A stretch of 55,491 nt of DNA from assembly GCA_041745695.1 (NCBI GenBank), contig JBGTIL010000002.1:1-55491 (forward strand). The letters run 5' to 3'. A program made the translations under genes and the position numbers. Below are positions 27,387 to 36,785 of the stretch, one piece after another. A model generated the notes under the pieces. That model saw only the letters and a program-made list of their open reading frames with translations, was not told where the DNA came from and did no database searches. The stretch's first letter is position 1. Each line of letters begins with the position of its first letter. The stretch comes from Chitinophagaceae bacterium. Lineage in GTDB: Bacteria > Bacteroidota > Bacteroidia > Chitinophagales > Chitinophagaceae.

Positions 27387-29315
27387 TTAGAATATTGAAC
27401 CTGTTATGAAATAATTTTTTGAGCCGTTAACGCGCCACGAAAACACCTGGAACGCATCGTTGGAGCCGGAATAGAGTTCAGCTGGTCCCGCTGCATCTGA
27501 TGCCACGACCCTTAGCGATGCCTGCGCGCCGTACTGCGCATTGATGATGACCTCAATCCAGTCACCGTCAGAGACATCCTGAAAGCTGCTCACACTCTGA
27601 GTTTCCCTCACCACTACATTGCCGTTCTTCGAAATAGAGATCGTTCCGGAAGCATTATTATACACCGAGAATTCATATGACATGCTCGACTGGGACACGG
27701 TTATCTGAGATTCGGAAACGACCTCGTTTGTGTAGAGGCTGTATTCCGTGTTGCTGCATTTGCTACGGGCTTTGAAACGGTATGTTCCGGCCTGCAGGGA
27801 AGCTTCAGTATAGTATATCGTAAAAGGATTGAGCGCAGTATTGAAGTTTGCAGACGGGAAAAGCTGGGTCACTACAAAGCCGTCGGGCCTGGTTACCCTT
27901 AGCTCAACCCCGTCCGGAACGGGGTTTGTAAGATAGGTACGGAGCTGAAATTCGTTTCCGGTAAGATCGACAAAGAAAAGTTCCCCGGGCGCGGTACATG
28001 TCCGCTGGCCTGAAGTAACAAAGGACTTAACGCTGCCAAAAAGCCCGTACGTCGATCCGCATTTTGCAGCCACTTTCACCTCGTAGTCTGTACCAGCAAA
28101 AAGACCTTCAATCGTAATATTTTCCTGCAGGGGAATGGTGAGACCTGTCCAGGATGATGCGCCAAGCTTGCGGTAGTTAATTATAATTTCAGTCGCAAAC
28201 CGCGATGGCTGAAAAAGCAGCTGGGCTGAAGTGCCTGTAATGCTTCCAATGCTGAGCACCGGTGCGCGGCATTCCGTTTCCCTTTTTTCGCAGTTGCTGT
28301 TTGAATAGCCGAACGACGCGACAGTGACGACCGTTTTCCCTTGCGCCTTGATAACAGTCGCGTCATCGTTCCAGGAAGGTTGGTAGTCACCCTTATCAAT
28401 CACCTGAGCCGGCGTTTCAATCATGTGACTGCAATCGATCGTAACATTATCATGCATCATAACGACCGCAAAATAGCGGTGCATTTCTTTTGAGAAAAAG
28501 TCTGTCTGCAGCTCATACTGTTCATCGAGCGAAGCGCTGAGTAGTTTTCTCCTGCCGTTTGAAAACTGATAGACACTTTTTTTTGATGGCCAGGTGGGCC
28601 TGTTGCAAAAAAATGGCAGTCTTACTTTGTTAGTTGCAATACCGTCGTAGAAAAACTCGAAGGCATTCTCATTGTTCGAATATTCGAGGTTGCTTGTGTA
28701 TTTGTCGGATATCAGCACCCGGAAGCGGTTGCTCGTGCCGAGGATAACGCCGGCTTCATTACTCACGGTATAGCTGAAACAATCGCCAGGTTTGAAATGA
28801 GGGCTTATGAGGCTGTCAGGCGCTGCAAAATGACCGGCCCCCCAGAAAGTCTGCAGTGTATTTTCTATCCCGCCCGCGAGAGCAAACCCGGGAGCATGTT
28901 TGATCCTGATCTCATCTATGTCAGAGGCGATGAAGGTGTCATCAGCCGCTACGCTGTAGCCGAAATCAGAAAGCAGTATGTCTCTGAATTCAGCATAAGA
29001 AAGATGGCGGCCATAATTTTTCACAGTGCCTGAAATCGTGATCGAATAGAGGTAGAAAAGGCCCGGGTATGATGGGATTGCAGATGGTATCTTCATTTTG
29101 TAGGCAAGAATTTGAGCGTATACAGGAGCAGGAAATGCCGGCACTGCGTCACCCAGCAGGTTCGTAACTCCAAGGCGAAGCCTCTGATCAAGCGCAAGAA
29201 AGCCCGTAACAGCAAACTGAAAGGCAACGTCAAATTTTCCATATGCCGGCAGGATATAATCCGCATTTTCAAAGCGGATGAAACTGAACTTCACGGATGA
29301 TATTGTTACTGGCAT
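27387..29315 (-). CDS. Tail protein with fibronectin-III domains
   Basis: ITGTSAQL...YRKLG..SW...GL.AGTDYEVKVAAKC FN3 pattern; downstream of the tape measure gene. Confidence 0.7.
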   Translation of the reverse strand: MPVTISSVKFSFIRFENADYILPAYGKFDVAFQFAVTGFLALDQRLRLGVTNLLGDAVPAFPAPVYAQILAYKMKIPSAIPSYPGLFYLYSITISGTVKNYGRHLSYAEFRDILLSDFGYSVAADDTFIASDIDEIRIKHAPGFALAGGIENTLQTFWGAGHFAAPDSLISPHFKPGDCFSYTVSNEAGVILGTSNRFRVLISDKYTSNLEYSNNENAFEFFYDGIATNKVRLPFFCNRPTWPSKKSVYQFSNGRRKLLSASLDEQYELQTDFFSKEMHRYFAVVMMHDNVTIDCSHMIETPAQVIDKGDYQPSWNDDATVIKAQGKTVVTVASFGYSNSNCEKRETECRAPVLSIGSITGTSAQLLFQPSRFATEIIINYRKLGASSWTGLTIPLQENITIEGLFAGTDYEVKVAAKCGSTYGLFGSVKSFVTSGQRTCTAPGELFFVDLTGNEFQLRTYLTNPVPDGVELRVTRPDGFVVTQLFPSANFNTALNPFTIYYTEASLQAGTYRFKARSKCSNTEYSLYTNEVVSESQITVSQSSMSYEFSVYNNASGTISISKNGNVVVRETQSVSSFQDVSDGDWIEVIINAQYGAQASLRVVASDAAGPAELYSGSNDAFQVFSWRVNGSKNYFITGSIF

Positions 29316-29316
29316 G

Positions 29317-29751
29317 TTATGAGTTTATAATTTCTTCAAAAATATCTTCCGTAAGTAAACCGTCTTTAGTGGGGTGTGGATCGTGAACTAATTGGCCATT
29401 TTTGTATACACACATATGCATTACGCCTCTTGGAGACATGCCAGAAACCAAGTAGAATTTATCTCTACACTTATCGAGGTAGTTGCTTCTGCAATCAGCA
29501 TCAAAATCGTTATCATGGAACACTTTGTATTGATCATTAACGATCAGTTCATAGCCTATTGATTTAAGAAACGTTTGCATAACGATTGACCAAAAAGTGT
29601 CATCTACATGAAAAGCACTTTCCACATTTGGCACTTCGGTAACTGGTCTTTCCAAAATAGATGCAATTGCGGCTGCATAGCAATTTCCACGGACGATCAT
29701 TTCGCCTTGTGAATTTTTAACAACGACCTTAGTCTGTACAATTGGTATCAT
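29317..29751 (-). CDS. Hypothetical protein, papain/C39-like Cys-His-Asp pattern
   Basis: GNCYAAAIASIL ... HMCVY...HDPHP; AT-rich. Confidence 0.5.
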   Translation of the reverse strand: MIPIVQTKVVVKNSQGEMIVRGNCYAAAIASILERPVTEVPNVESAFHVDDTFWSIVMQTFLKSIGYELIVNDQYKVFHDNDFDADCRSNYLDKCRDKFYLVSGMSPRGVMHMCVYKNGQLVHDPHPTKDGLLTEDIFEEIINS

Positions 29752-31985
29752 GTTATTTGAGGAATTAGCGTGAAATCAGCCTGACCGTCGTTTGGCTTAT
29801 AATCGATCTGGTCAACCCATCCGAAACCATTCTCGCAGGACGATGTGAACTCGATAAGGCCGTAGGGATTAGCCTGGATGTTCTTGTATTCGTTTGTGCC
29901 TAACGGATAGCTGAACCTGATACGTTCAGGAAGCATGATCGGCAGCGCCTGACGCTGGTCAGCAAAGACACTCAGCGACAGATCATCGTTCTCTTTCAGT
30001 TTTGAAACTTCCAGCTTACAAAAGAAAGTATTGAGGTTCCCTTCGGCGATATAGTTTCCATCCCCGGAACCAAAAGTGATCCTGTGCCCTGTATTGACGT
30101 TGCGGTAGCTGCCTATCACGCGGTCAAACCACTTCAGCGCATTCCTCAGCGGAGAGATACGGAAATTGTATACCGTAGCAGGATCAATGATGTTTCCAGC
30201 CATGGAAATGTTGCCGAGCTCAACCCTGAACCCGACTCCGGTTGGCTCCACACAGATCATGAAAATATTGTTATCGTACCGCCAGTCAGCGCTGCTGTTT
30301 CCTTTTCGTCGAGTGACTTCTATAGCATACCCGGAGGCTATGAACTTACATATCTGCTCGAGGGTGTTTTTCACCTGGGGGATGTCAAGATTATATTCTC
30401 TTTTTGTAAGAAATTCATCAAGGCCGTTATGCTCTTCGGCTTCCCATTTGTCATATCCGAATTTGAAAGTTGAATATATCTCCGAGGCCTGCGCCGATCG
30501 CTGGACCTTGTTGACATTCAGGCACCGGTGGATCACGGCAGACTTGTAGAACCATTTCCAGTTTTCTATACGTACTATGCTGTCACCTTCGAGGCCGAGG
30601 CCGATGTTATCCGTTGCGGCGAGGCTTTCGAACAAGTCTTTCATCGAAAGAAACATGCCTGGAACCGAGCCGTCGGGGAGCTTAGCCTGCCGGATCCGGA
30701 GACCGTTGGTGAGTACACGCTGCGATCCGCAACCGTTTGCCGGGAAGCGGTAAGGCTCTGAATTATAGCGCCCGAAATATTCCGAATACAGCTTCAGCTT
30801 ATTGTTCGTGATTGACTCAATTACCCGGCTTATCGTTTCATTGATCATGAAGGCTTTTGCGGTAGTAGCTTCAGCTTTTGAATCACTGCTTACTTTGAAA
30901 AATGAATCATCGGTAAGTGAAATTTTCAGCCCGGCCCATGGCGTGAGCGCGACATTGGTCGAATTTCCGGCTTCAAGCAGGAAACATATCCATACCTTAT
31001 CCTCTCGACCAAGGACAAATGACCCATTAAGAGGAATATCAAATGCTGTCTGGCGCGACTGGAGGCCGCTGCCTGGTAGAAAGGCGCCGTTGTAAGCGGC
31101 AATAGAAACTGGCGCGATGGCATCGACCGCATTTTTCCCGTATTTCACAGCGACTTTCAGATCAATTACAATTCCTCCCGATCCGCCGTGAGGCAACCAG
31201 CTTACATCGAAGCTTCCTTTCAGTCTTGCAGTGAAATTGTAAGTGTTCTTGTTAATGATCGTGCTATCAGGATTAACGAGCAATATTTCACTTCCGTCGA
31301 GAGCTTCGCTGATTGCGTTTGTGTATCTGACGTAATCGAACTGATAGCTCGGCTTGAAATCGGTGATCTCACCGAGAGAGGTATTGTTGAATTTCGGAAG
31401 GATAATTCCCTTTGTTACCTGGTTTGGAAAGATGGTGAAATCTGTGTCGAACAAAATATCATAGAAAGAATTCCCCTCCTCGTTTTTTGTCGCTGCTTCA
31501 GATCTGATCCTGATCGTCTTGGAAGGAAGCGTAAGATCAAAGTTCAGAAAGGCGTACGGACTGAGTTCGGTAACACCGTCGAAGCCCTTTGTTTTTGTGA
31601 CGTCAACAGCCTGATCAAACCGGTTGATGAAGTCTACGATCGGCCCCGTCTGATCTATATCTATTTCCACAAAGCAATCACGCTCACAAAAAAAGCGGTA
31701 TGAAGGAAAAACAAAGATCCCGCGGTGAGCTTCAGGACGGCCGCGTGTTGTCATCTCTTCAATCAGGAGTTGATAATAGCCTTTGGCGCCATGGGCTTCA
31801 TATTCTGCTTTGAGGAGCCATGCTGCTTTCTCAAAGAACTGGAAGTTGTTGCCCTGTATCTCCCGGAACGTGCCATGGCGCTGCGGATGACGCTTCAGGC
31901 GGAGGGAAAATTCCATCCATCCGTTGGGTTCATCAATTACTGTCCTGATGCCGTTACGATCTATGAGGGTGAAGCGCCACTGCAT
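29748..31985 (-). CDS. Tail tip/baseplate-region structural protein
   Basis: 745 aa immediately after the tape measure gene; DEPNGW N-terminal motif. Confidence 0.65.
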   Translation of the reverse strand: MQWRFTLIDRNGIRTVIDEPNGWMEFSLRLKRHPQRHGTFREIQGNNFQFFEKAAWLLKAEYEAHGAKGYYQLLIEEMTTRGRPEAHRGIFVFPSYRFFCERDCFVEIDIDQTGPIVDFINRFDQAVDVTKTKGFDGVTELSPYAFLNFDLTLPSKTIRIRSEAATKNEEGNSFYDILFDTDFTIFPNQVTKGIILPKFNNTSLGEITDFKPSYQFDYVRYTNAISEALDGSEILLVNPDSTIINKNTYNFTARLKGSFDVSWLPHGGSGGIVIDLKVAVKYGKNAVDAIAPVSIAAYNGAFLPGSGLQSRQTAFDIPLNGSFVLGREDKVWICFLLEAGNSTNVALTPWAGLKISLTDDSFFKVSSDSKAEATTAKAFMINETISRVIESITNNKLKLYSEYFGRYNSEPYRFPANGCGSQRVLTNGLRIRQAKLPDGSVPGMFLSMKDLFESLAATDNIGLGLEGDSIVRIENWKWFYKSAVIHRCLNVNKVQRSAQASEIYSTFKFGYDKWEAEEHNGLDEFLTKREYNLDIPQVKNTLEQICKFIASGYAIEVTRRKGNSSADWRYDNNIFMICVEPTGVGFRVELGNISMAGNIIDPATVYNFRISPLRNALKWFDRVIGSYRNVNTGHRITFGSGDGNYIAEGNLNTFFCKLEVSKLKENDDLSLSVFADQRQALPIMLPERIRFSYPLGTNEYKNIQANPYGLIEFTSSCENGFGWVDQIDYKPNDGQADFTLIPQIT

Positions 31986-34900
31986 TACATCAAAAGTTTT
32001 TTGTTTTTGTATTCGATTGTTTCAAGGCCTTTCTGCACCGATATATTGAAGCCGTTCTCATCGAGACTGATGTTTACGTGCGGGCTGCTTGCAAGCTCTT
32101 TTGCAAACGCACTTGCAAACTCCCGGTAATCGATCTTTTCGGTCGTTCTTGTTTCAACATAACGCGAGGACACCTGCGGAACAACTGGCATGCTGAACTG
32201 ATTATATATTTTCGGCATCTCGTATTTGATGAGGTAGTCCTGGAACTTGTTGTTGTTGATCGCTTCGAGGGCAAGCTTATGCTTAGCTGTCATTTCGGCC
32301 TTCGTCACATACTCACCTTTTGACGCCCAGATGGGTATTGAATCAGACGTGCCGGAACCCGGACCTTCAATCATCCCTCCCGTCTTATACTTTTTTGCAA
32401 GGATGAACGCGGTCGCGATAATGCTTTCGCCGATCACAAACGGGATCTGAGCGAGCGCCTTTGCGGCCAGTGGCAGCGTGAGAGGGTTCGAAGCAAGGAT
32501 TGCCGCCTGTGCCTGAATCTGGAATATGGTTTTGGCGGTATCAACGCCGATATCGAAAATCGCCTGCTGTTTGCGGGCATTAGCCTGAGCCCGGTCAATT
32601 TCTTTCTTCCGGTTATTATATTCCCTTTCGGTAATCAGCTTCTTATCAAAGCGTTGCTGATTTGCTTCCTGGTCACGTGCGTAACGTTCACTATCAATCG
32701 CAAAAAGGCCGTCACCGATCTGCTTTGCTATGCCGTACGCCCGTTCACGCAGTTGCTGCTCAAATTGTGAGCTTTGCTGGACGATTTGTAGCCTTTGATT
32801 CCAGTACTCGAGGTCCTTAGCTGCAAGCGCATCGTAATACTCGTCTTCGCTAATTACGTGAGCATCCAACTTGTTTTTGAGATAATTGTAGTAGTTGTCC
32901 GTTTGTATTTGCGAGAAACGGGTGACATCGGCTTCCGCCTGTTTCCTCTCGGCTGCTGTTGATTTCACATCAAACAAAACAGCCTGGTTTTTTAGGATTT
33001 CAGCCTGGTACTTTTTGTCGCTGTAATTGAAGTCATTTTCTATCTCAGCGGCTGCTTTCTGCCTTTCAAGCTGCTGCTTATCTACGAGCGCCTTTTGGTA
33101 TACAGCTGAAATTCTAAGGCGCCGGAGCTCTTCGTGTTTCTCAGAGGCCTGGATCCCGATCACTTCAAGCGCTGCCTGCTCATCGATCAGGTTCTTACGA
33201 AGCTCGAGTACCTTGCCGTTAGTCTCAGCAACATTATTCAGCTGGAGGATAGAGAGCTGAGCCTGGTTTTCAGCCACCCGGCTGTTGATTACATCCTCCG
33301 CCTGCTTCTGATTGAAAGCCTCGACGAGCTTTTGTCTTTCTCTGTAGTAATTAGCATCAATCAGCTTCTTTTTGCCGGCGGCAAGCTCCTGATCTTTCAG
33401 TTCCAGATCCCGCGCTGCCTGCAGGGCCTGTAGCCTGAAATCAAACTCTTCCCGGCTCCCCTCTTTTGCTTTCAGCACCTGGGCGTCAATCGCAGCCATG
33501 GCGTCTTCAAGGGCTTTTTTCTGAAAGGCAAACCGGAGGTCAGCGATTTCTCTGACACCTTCAGCTTCAATCTTTGCCCTTTCTCCGCTAGTGAGATTCG
33601 GGTTAGACTTCTTTTCTTCCGCGATACGTGCCCGTATAGCTGCGATCTGGGCCTGAAGCTCAGCCTCACTACCTTTTTTTGCCTGCGCAACTCTTGCCTC
33701 TGAATACGCGGTTGCTGATTTCAAACTACTGAGATACCCCTGCCTTTCAGCTTCGCCGCGTTTCGCGAGGGCGTCAACATAATCATTGCTGATTTCAGAC
33801 TCAATCCTGGTGATCGTATCTCCGAGCTCAGATTTGCTTTTCGCTGTCGCGTCATCGACCGCAACTGTCTCATCGTACACCTTGCGGAGCTTGTTCAGCG
33901 ATTCCTGCCGGGCCTTGTTCCTCACATTGATATTAGAAACTTCCTGTTTGGCCAGTTCGACATCTGTCACACCCCGGGCCTTCATGTCCGAAAGGATCCT
34001 TTTGTTTGCACGGTCAATACCGGCAAGGTCTGCCTCTAACAATTTCCCGCCTTCATTAAGAGCTCCGTTAAGCTTTCCCTGTGCCCGGGCAGCATCTGTA
34101 ACACGGCTCGTAAACACCAGCACCAGGGATGCCAGGGATGCCAGGGCAACGATAACAATTCCGATCGGATTAGCAGCCATCACGGCGTTAAGTACCCGCT
34201 GAGCCGCCGCTGCGGCGTAACGAACAACAATATTTTTTGATTCGGCCGCCGTCTGGAGTTCAGTAGCGAGCGCGGATATTTTCCTTTGCGCGTTTTCTAT
34301 CAGCAGTACCGCAGCGCTTTCTTTTTGCAAGCTCTGCTGGATAGCCTGCAGGCTGTTTGAAAGTAGCATAAGGGCGTTGAGCTTAACCAGCGCCTGCTCA
34401 AACTGCTCGTTCTCTGTTCCAAGCAATGCCTGTGCAGCCTGTGCACCGGCAATCGTTTGGGTAGCAGTTGCCATGATCTGTACGAATCCTTCAATGTTGC
34501 GTGTGTCGCTACCCGTTTGGGATATCTGCTGAGCAACATCTTTCAGCGCATCATCAAGCTCGCCCGCCTTTTGAATGAGCGCGTCAATGGCCGGCCCCGA
34601 CTCGCCCGCCACCTGCCTTGTTGCAATCTCTTCCTTCATAGCCCTGAGCTCCGATCGTAGCGATTTTGTCTGAGTGGATGTCTTTTCCTCTGCCTCTCCA
34701 AAAGTCTTCAGTATCTCAGTGCCGGCTCCCACCAGGTCGTTCAGCTCTTTCCATTCGGAAGTACCCGGGTTCAGGTCAGCGAGCTTCTTTTTTGCAACTT
34801 CGAGTACCAGGTTCAGCTGCTGAAATTCATCCTTCGTTCCTTTGAGGTTACCCATCAGGGTTTGCAGCGACTTGTTGTATGTTCCACCCACGGCAGACTT

Positions 34901-35116
34901 ATCGAGATTCTTGAAGGCGGTGGCAAGTCCTTCAATATCTTTCTTTCCGGCCTTTGCACTGTCAGAAACTGCTTTGTCGCGCTTGGTCATTTCAGCAGCC
35001 GTCTTTTTCACGGAGGCAGCCAGCTCCTTGTCAACAGTTTCGAGTTGAAGTAGTCCGTCAATGCCAGGCTGAAGGCCTGCCGCGTCGGCAGTAAAATTGA
35101 TGAGAATATTATCCAT
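31985..35116 (-). CDS. Tail tape measure protein
   Basis: 1043 aa, Ala-rich helical; AVMAANPIGIVIVAL hydrophobic stretch; C-terminal GGMIEGPGSGTSDSIP...SKGEYV. Confidence 0.92.
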   Translation of the reverse strand: MDNILINFTADAAGLQPGIDGLLQLETVDKELAASVKKTAAEMTKRDKAVSDSAKAGKKDIEGLATAFKNLDKSAVGGTYNKSLQTLMGNLKGTKDEFQQLNLVLEVAKKKLADLNPGTSEWKELNDLVGAGTEILKTFGEAEEKTSTQTKSLRSELRAMKEEIATRQVAGESGPAIDALIQKAGELDDALKDVAQQISQTGSDTRNIEGFVQIMATATQTIAGAQAAQALLGTENEQFEQALVKLNALMLLSNSLQAIQQSLQKESAAVLLIENAQRKISALATELQTAAESKNIVVRYAAAAAQRVLNAVMAANPIGIVIVALASLASLVLVFTSRVTDAARAQGKLNGALNEGGKLLEADLAGIDRANKRILSDMKARGVTDVELAKQEVSNINVRNKARQESLNKLRKVYDETVAVDDATAKSKSELGDTITRIESEISNDYVDALAKRGEAERQGYLSSLKSATAYSEARVAQAKKGSEAELQAQIAAIRARIAEEKKSNPNLTSGERAKIEAEGVREIADLRFAFQKKALEDAMAAIDAQVLKAKEGSREEFDFRLQALQAARDLELKDQELAAGKKKLIDANYYRERQKLVEAFNQKQAEDVINSRVAENQAQLSILQLNNVAETNGKVLELRKNLIDEQAALEVIGIQASEKHEELRRLRISAVYQKALVDKQQLERQKAAAEIENDFNYSDKKYQAEILKNQAVLFDVKSTAAERKQAEADVTRFSQIQTDNYYNYLKNKLDAHVISEDEYYDALAAKDLEYWNQRLQIVQQSSQFEQQLRERAYGIAKQIGDGLFAIDSERYARDQEANQQRFDKKLITEREYNNRKKEIDRAQANARKQQAIFDIGVDTAKTIFQIQAQAAILASNPLTLPLAAKALAQIPFVIGESIIATAFILAKKYKTGGMIEGPGSGTSDSIPIWASKGEYVTKAEMTAKHKLALEAINNNKFQDYLIKYEMPKIYNQFSMPVVPQVSSRYVETRTTEKIDYREFASAFAKELASSPHVNISLDENGFNISVQKGLETIEYKNKKLLM

Positions 35117-35268
35117 CGGAAAGAACAGTTAACGAGGTGATTTGCGCTCTTTGGAGGCTTTCTTTGCTTCTTTTTCAAGGCGTTCGACGAGCAGGTCAAA
35201 CTCTTCAAAGAAATTGTAGATCGTCCATCCCGATAGTTTTGCGAGGTTATCGCCTGTTACCAGCCGTT

Positions 35269-35874
35269 TCAGTTTTTCGATTTCGTCAACTGATCGCTGG
35301 ATAAGTGCGCCCGGATGCTGTCCAGGTGCATTTTGTTCACGTCTTTCACTATGCCATTGTAGATTTCCAAATTTTCGCCGGCATGCTGTAAATACGGTAT
35401 CAATTCCATGATAGGCTTCTGCAAAAAAAAATCACGTAAGGAAGCCTCTTCCTTCCATTTTGCGATCTTCTTTTTGCCGTACTCATATTCATACACCAGC
35501 GGGTTCTCATGCTGATCAAAGAAAACGACAGCGGCCAGCTTATACATCAGATCAGAATCTTTGGGTAGCTGCATCCGGAAAAGGAGCTGCCGTTCTAAAC
35601 GCAGGGCTTCTCCTGCCTCGATCGTCGGTCTTTCCTTAGTTGGACTCAGGCAGTTGATTACAGCCTCCGCATGAGCCTGCAAATAGGCTCTATCGCAATT
35701 CAGCTCCACTTCCCGGTAGAAGGAGATGGTGCTGAGGGCCCGTTCCGCTGGTATGTTGAAAGGGTCATTGAATTTGAAATAATGCGTTGAAGCGATGGTA
35801 AAAGCGTAATCGATGATGTGCTTCGAGTCAGGAAAGTATTTTTTGGGGTCGATATCGAGGTCTGTTCTTACCAT
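35269..35874 (-). CDS. Putative tail assembly chaperone (G), probable -1 frameshift extension to 35129
   Basis: Directly upstream of the tape measure gene; T9 run at the DFF codons; -1 frame is open until 13 nt before the TMP start. Confidence 0.6.
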   Translation of the reverse strand: MVRTDLDIDPKKYFPDSKHIIDYAFTIASTHYFKFNDPFNIPAERALSTISFYREVELNCDRAYLQAHAEAVINCLSPTKERPTIEAGEALRLERQLLFRMQLPKDSDLMYKLAAVVFFDQHENPLVYEYEYGKKKIAKWKEEASLRDFFLQKPIMELIPYLQHAGENLEIYNGIVKDVNKMHLDSIRAHLSSDQLTKSKN

Positions 35875-36089
35875 ATTTTAAGTTCATTCATTTTCGTTTC
35901 GAGGCTATATCCGTAAGCCGGCCCTGCGACCTGAAATCCCCTTGACAAAATCGTGAACGTGTTCTTTGTCGGCCTGATCCTGATTTCAAAGCCCGGATGC
36001 CTCTCGTGTTCGTGATGCTCGCGGAGCGATCCCCCACACCTGCATGCGGTTTTATACTCCCATCCCCGGCTTGTAAGTATGTCTTTCAT
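35868..36089 (-). CDS. Hypothetical protein
   Basis: 73 aa with CxC; overlaps its neighbours. Confidence 0.6.
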   Translation of the reverse strand: MKDILTSRGWEYKTACRCGGSLREHHEHERHPGFEIRIRPTKNTFTILSRGFQVAGPAYGYSLETKMNELKIW

Positions 36090-36391
36090 TGCAGCCCTGG
36101 TTTTTCTTCAATAACCTGGTCAAAGAGTGCATTGATGCCTGCAACGATCAGAATAACTTCTACCGGATGATAATTCATGCCATCGATCAGCCAAAAAACC
36201 AATCCCCAAAAACCTGACATACACACAAGGCAATCGTATAACGGCTTCTCAAGTATCCGGAGTTTCATTCTGTATAGCAACACGCCTAAAGCAACACGCG
36301 GCCTGAAGAAGATCATTCCCTCCCGGCAGGAAACATGTATTGCTGTTACTTTCAGCGACGTAAGCAAACAAAAAATTAAGAGCTCGCTCAT
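36086..36391 (-). CDS. Membrane protein with CxxC (DUF1360-like)
   Basis: Hydrophobic helices; KPLYDCLVCMSGFWG. Confidence 0.55.
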   Translation of the reverse strand: MSELLIFCLLTSLKVTAIHVSCREGMIFFRPRVALGVLLYRMKLRILEKPLYDCLVCMSGFWGLVFWLIDGMNYHPVEVILIVAGINALFDQVIEEKPGLQ

Positions 36392-36741
36392 TCGATTACA
36401 TTAACAGGGTTACCGTCCAGCACATTGATGTCTGCAAAGGTGATCAGCACCGAGTCATAAGTTTTGCCTTTGAACCTTAACGGTACCTGGTTATTCCACA
36501 AATCGTACACAGTCAGTCTGTACGCCCCTGAATGAGGGTTGAAGCTGCCGGGAAATAAATGAAAAATATCAAGTGTGATGTTTCCAAGCAGGTCGATGTT
36601 CCTAAGCGTCCTGATCCTGCCATTGAACCTGTTCTCCACCTCGACAACATATTGAGGCGCTTCCGTCAGCCCCGCCTTCAGAATGATCTCATCAGGGCAC
36701 GCGGCCAGCGTTACTTCGTATGATCCGGGTGTACAACTCAT
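36388..36741 (-). CDS. Hypothetical beta-rich, probably structural protein
   Basis: 117 aa; first gene after the promoter at 36747. Confidence 0.6.
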   Translation of the reverse strand: MSCTPGSYEVTLAACPDEIILKAGLTEAPQYVVEVENRFNGRIRTLRNIDLLGNITLDIFHLFPGSFNPHSGAYRLTVYDLWNNQVPLRFKGKTYDSVLITFADINVLDGNPVNVIE

Positions 36742-36746
36742 GAAAG

Positions 36747-36766
36747 CAAATATAATACTTACGATT
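36747..36766 (-). promoter_or_regulatory. Putative late promoter
   Basis: TATATTTG ends 5 nt before the ATG at 36741; similar to the motif near 23800. Confidence 0.6.
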
Positions 36767-36785
36767 AGATATTATTACTTTGTAT

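Noticed and set aside
35008-35208. 66-aa minus-strand ORF before the tape measure gene
   Set aside because: Overlaps the TMP start out of frame; the -1 chaperone frame explains this gap better
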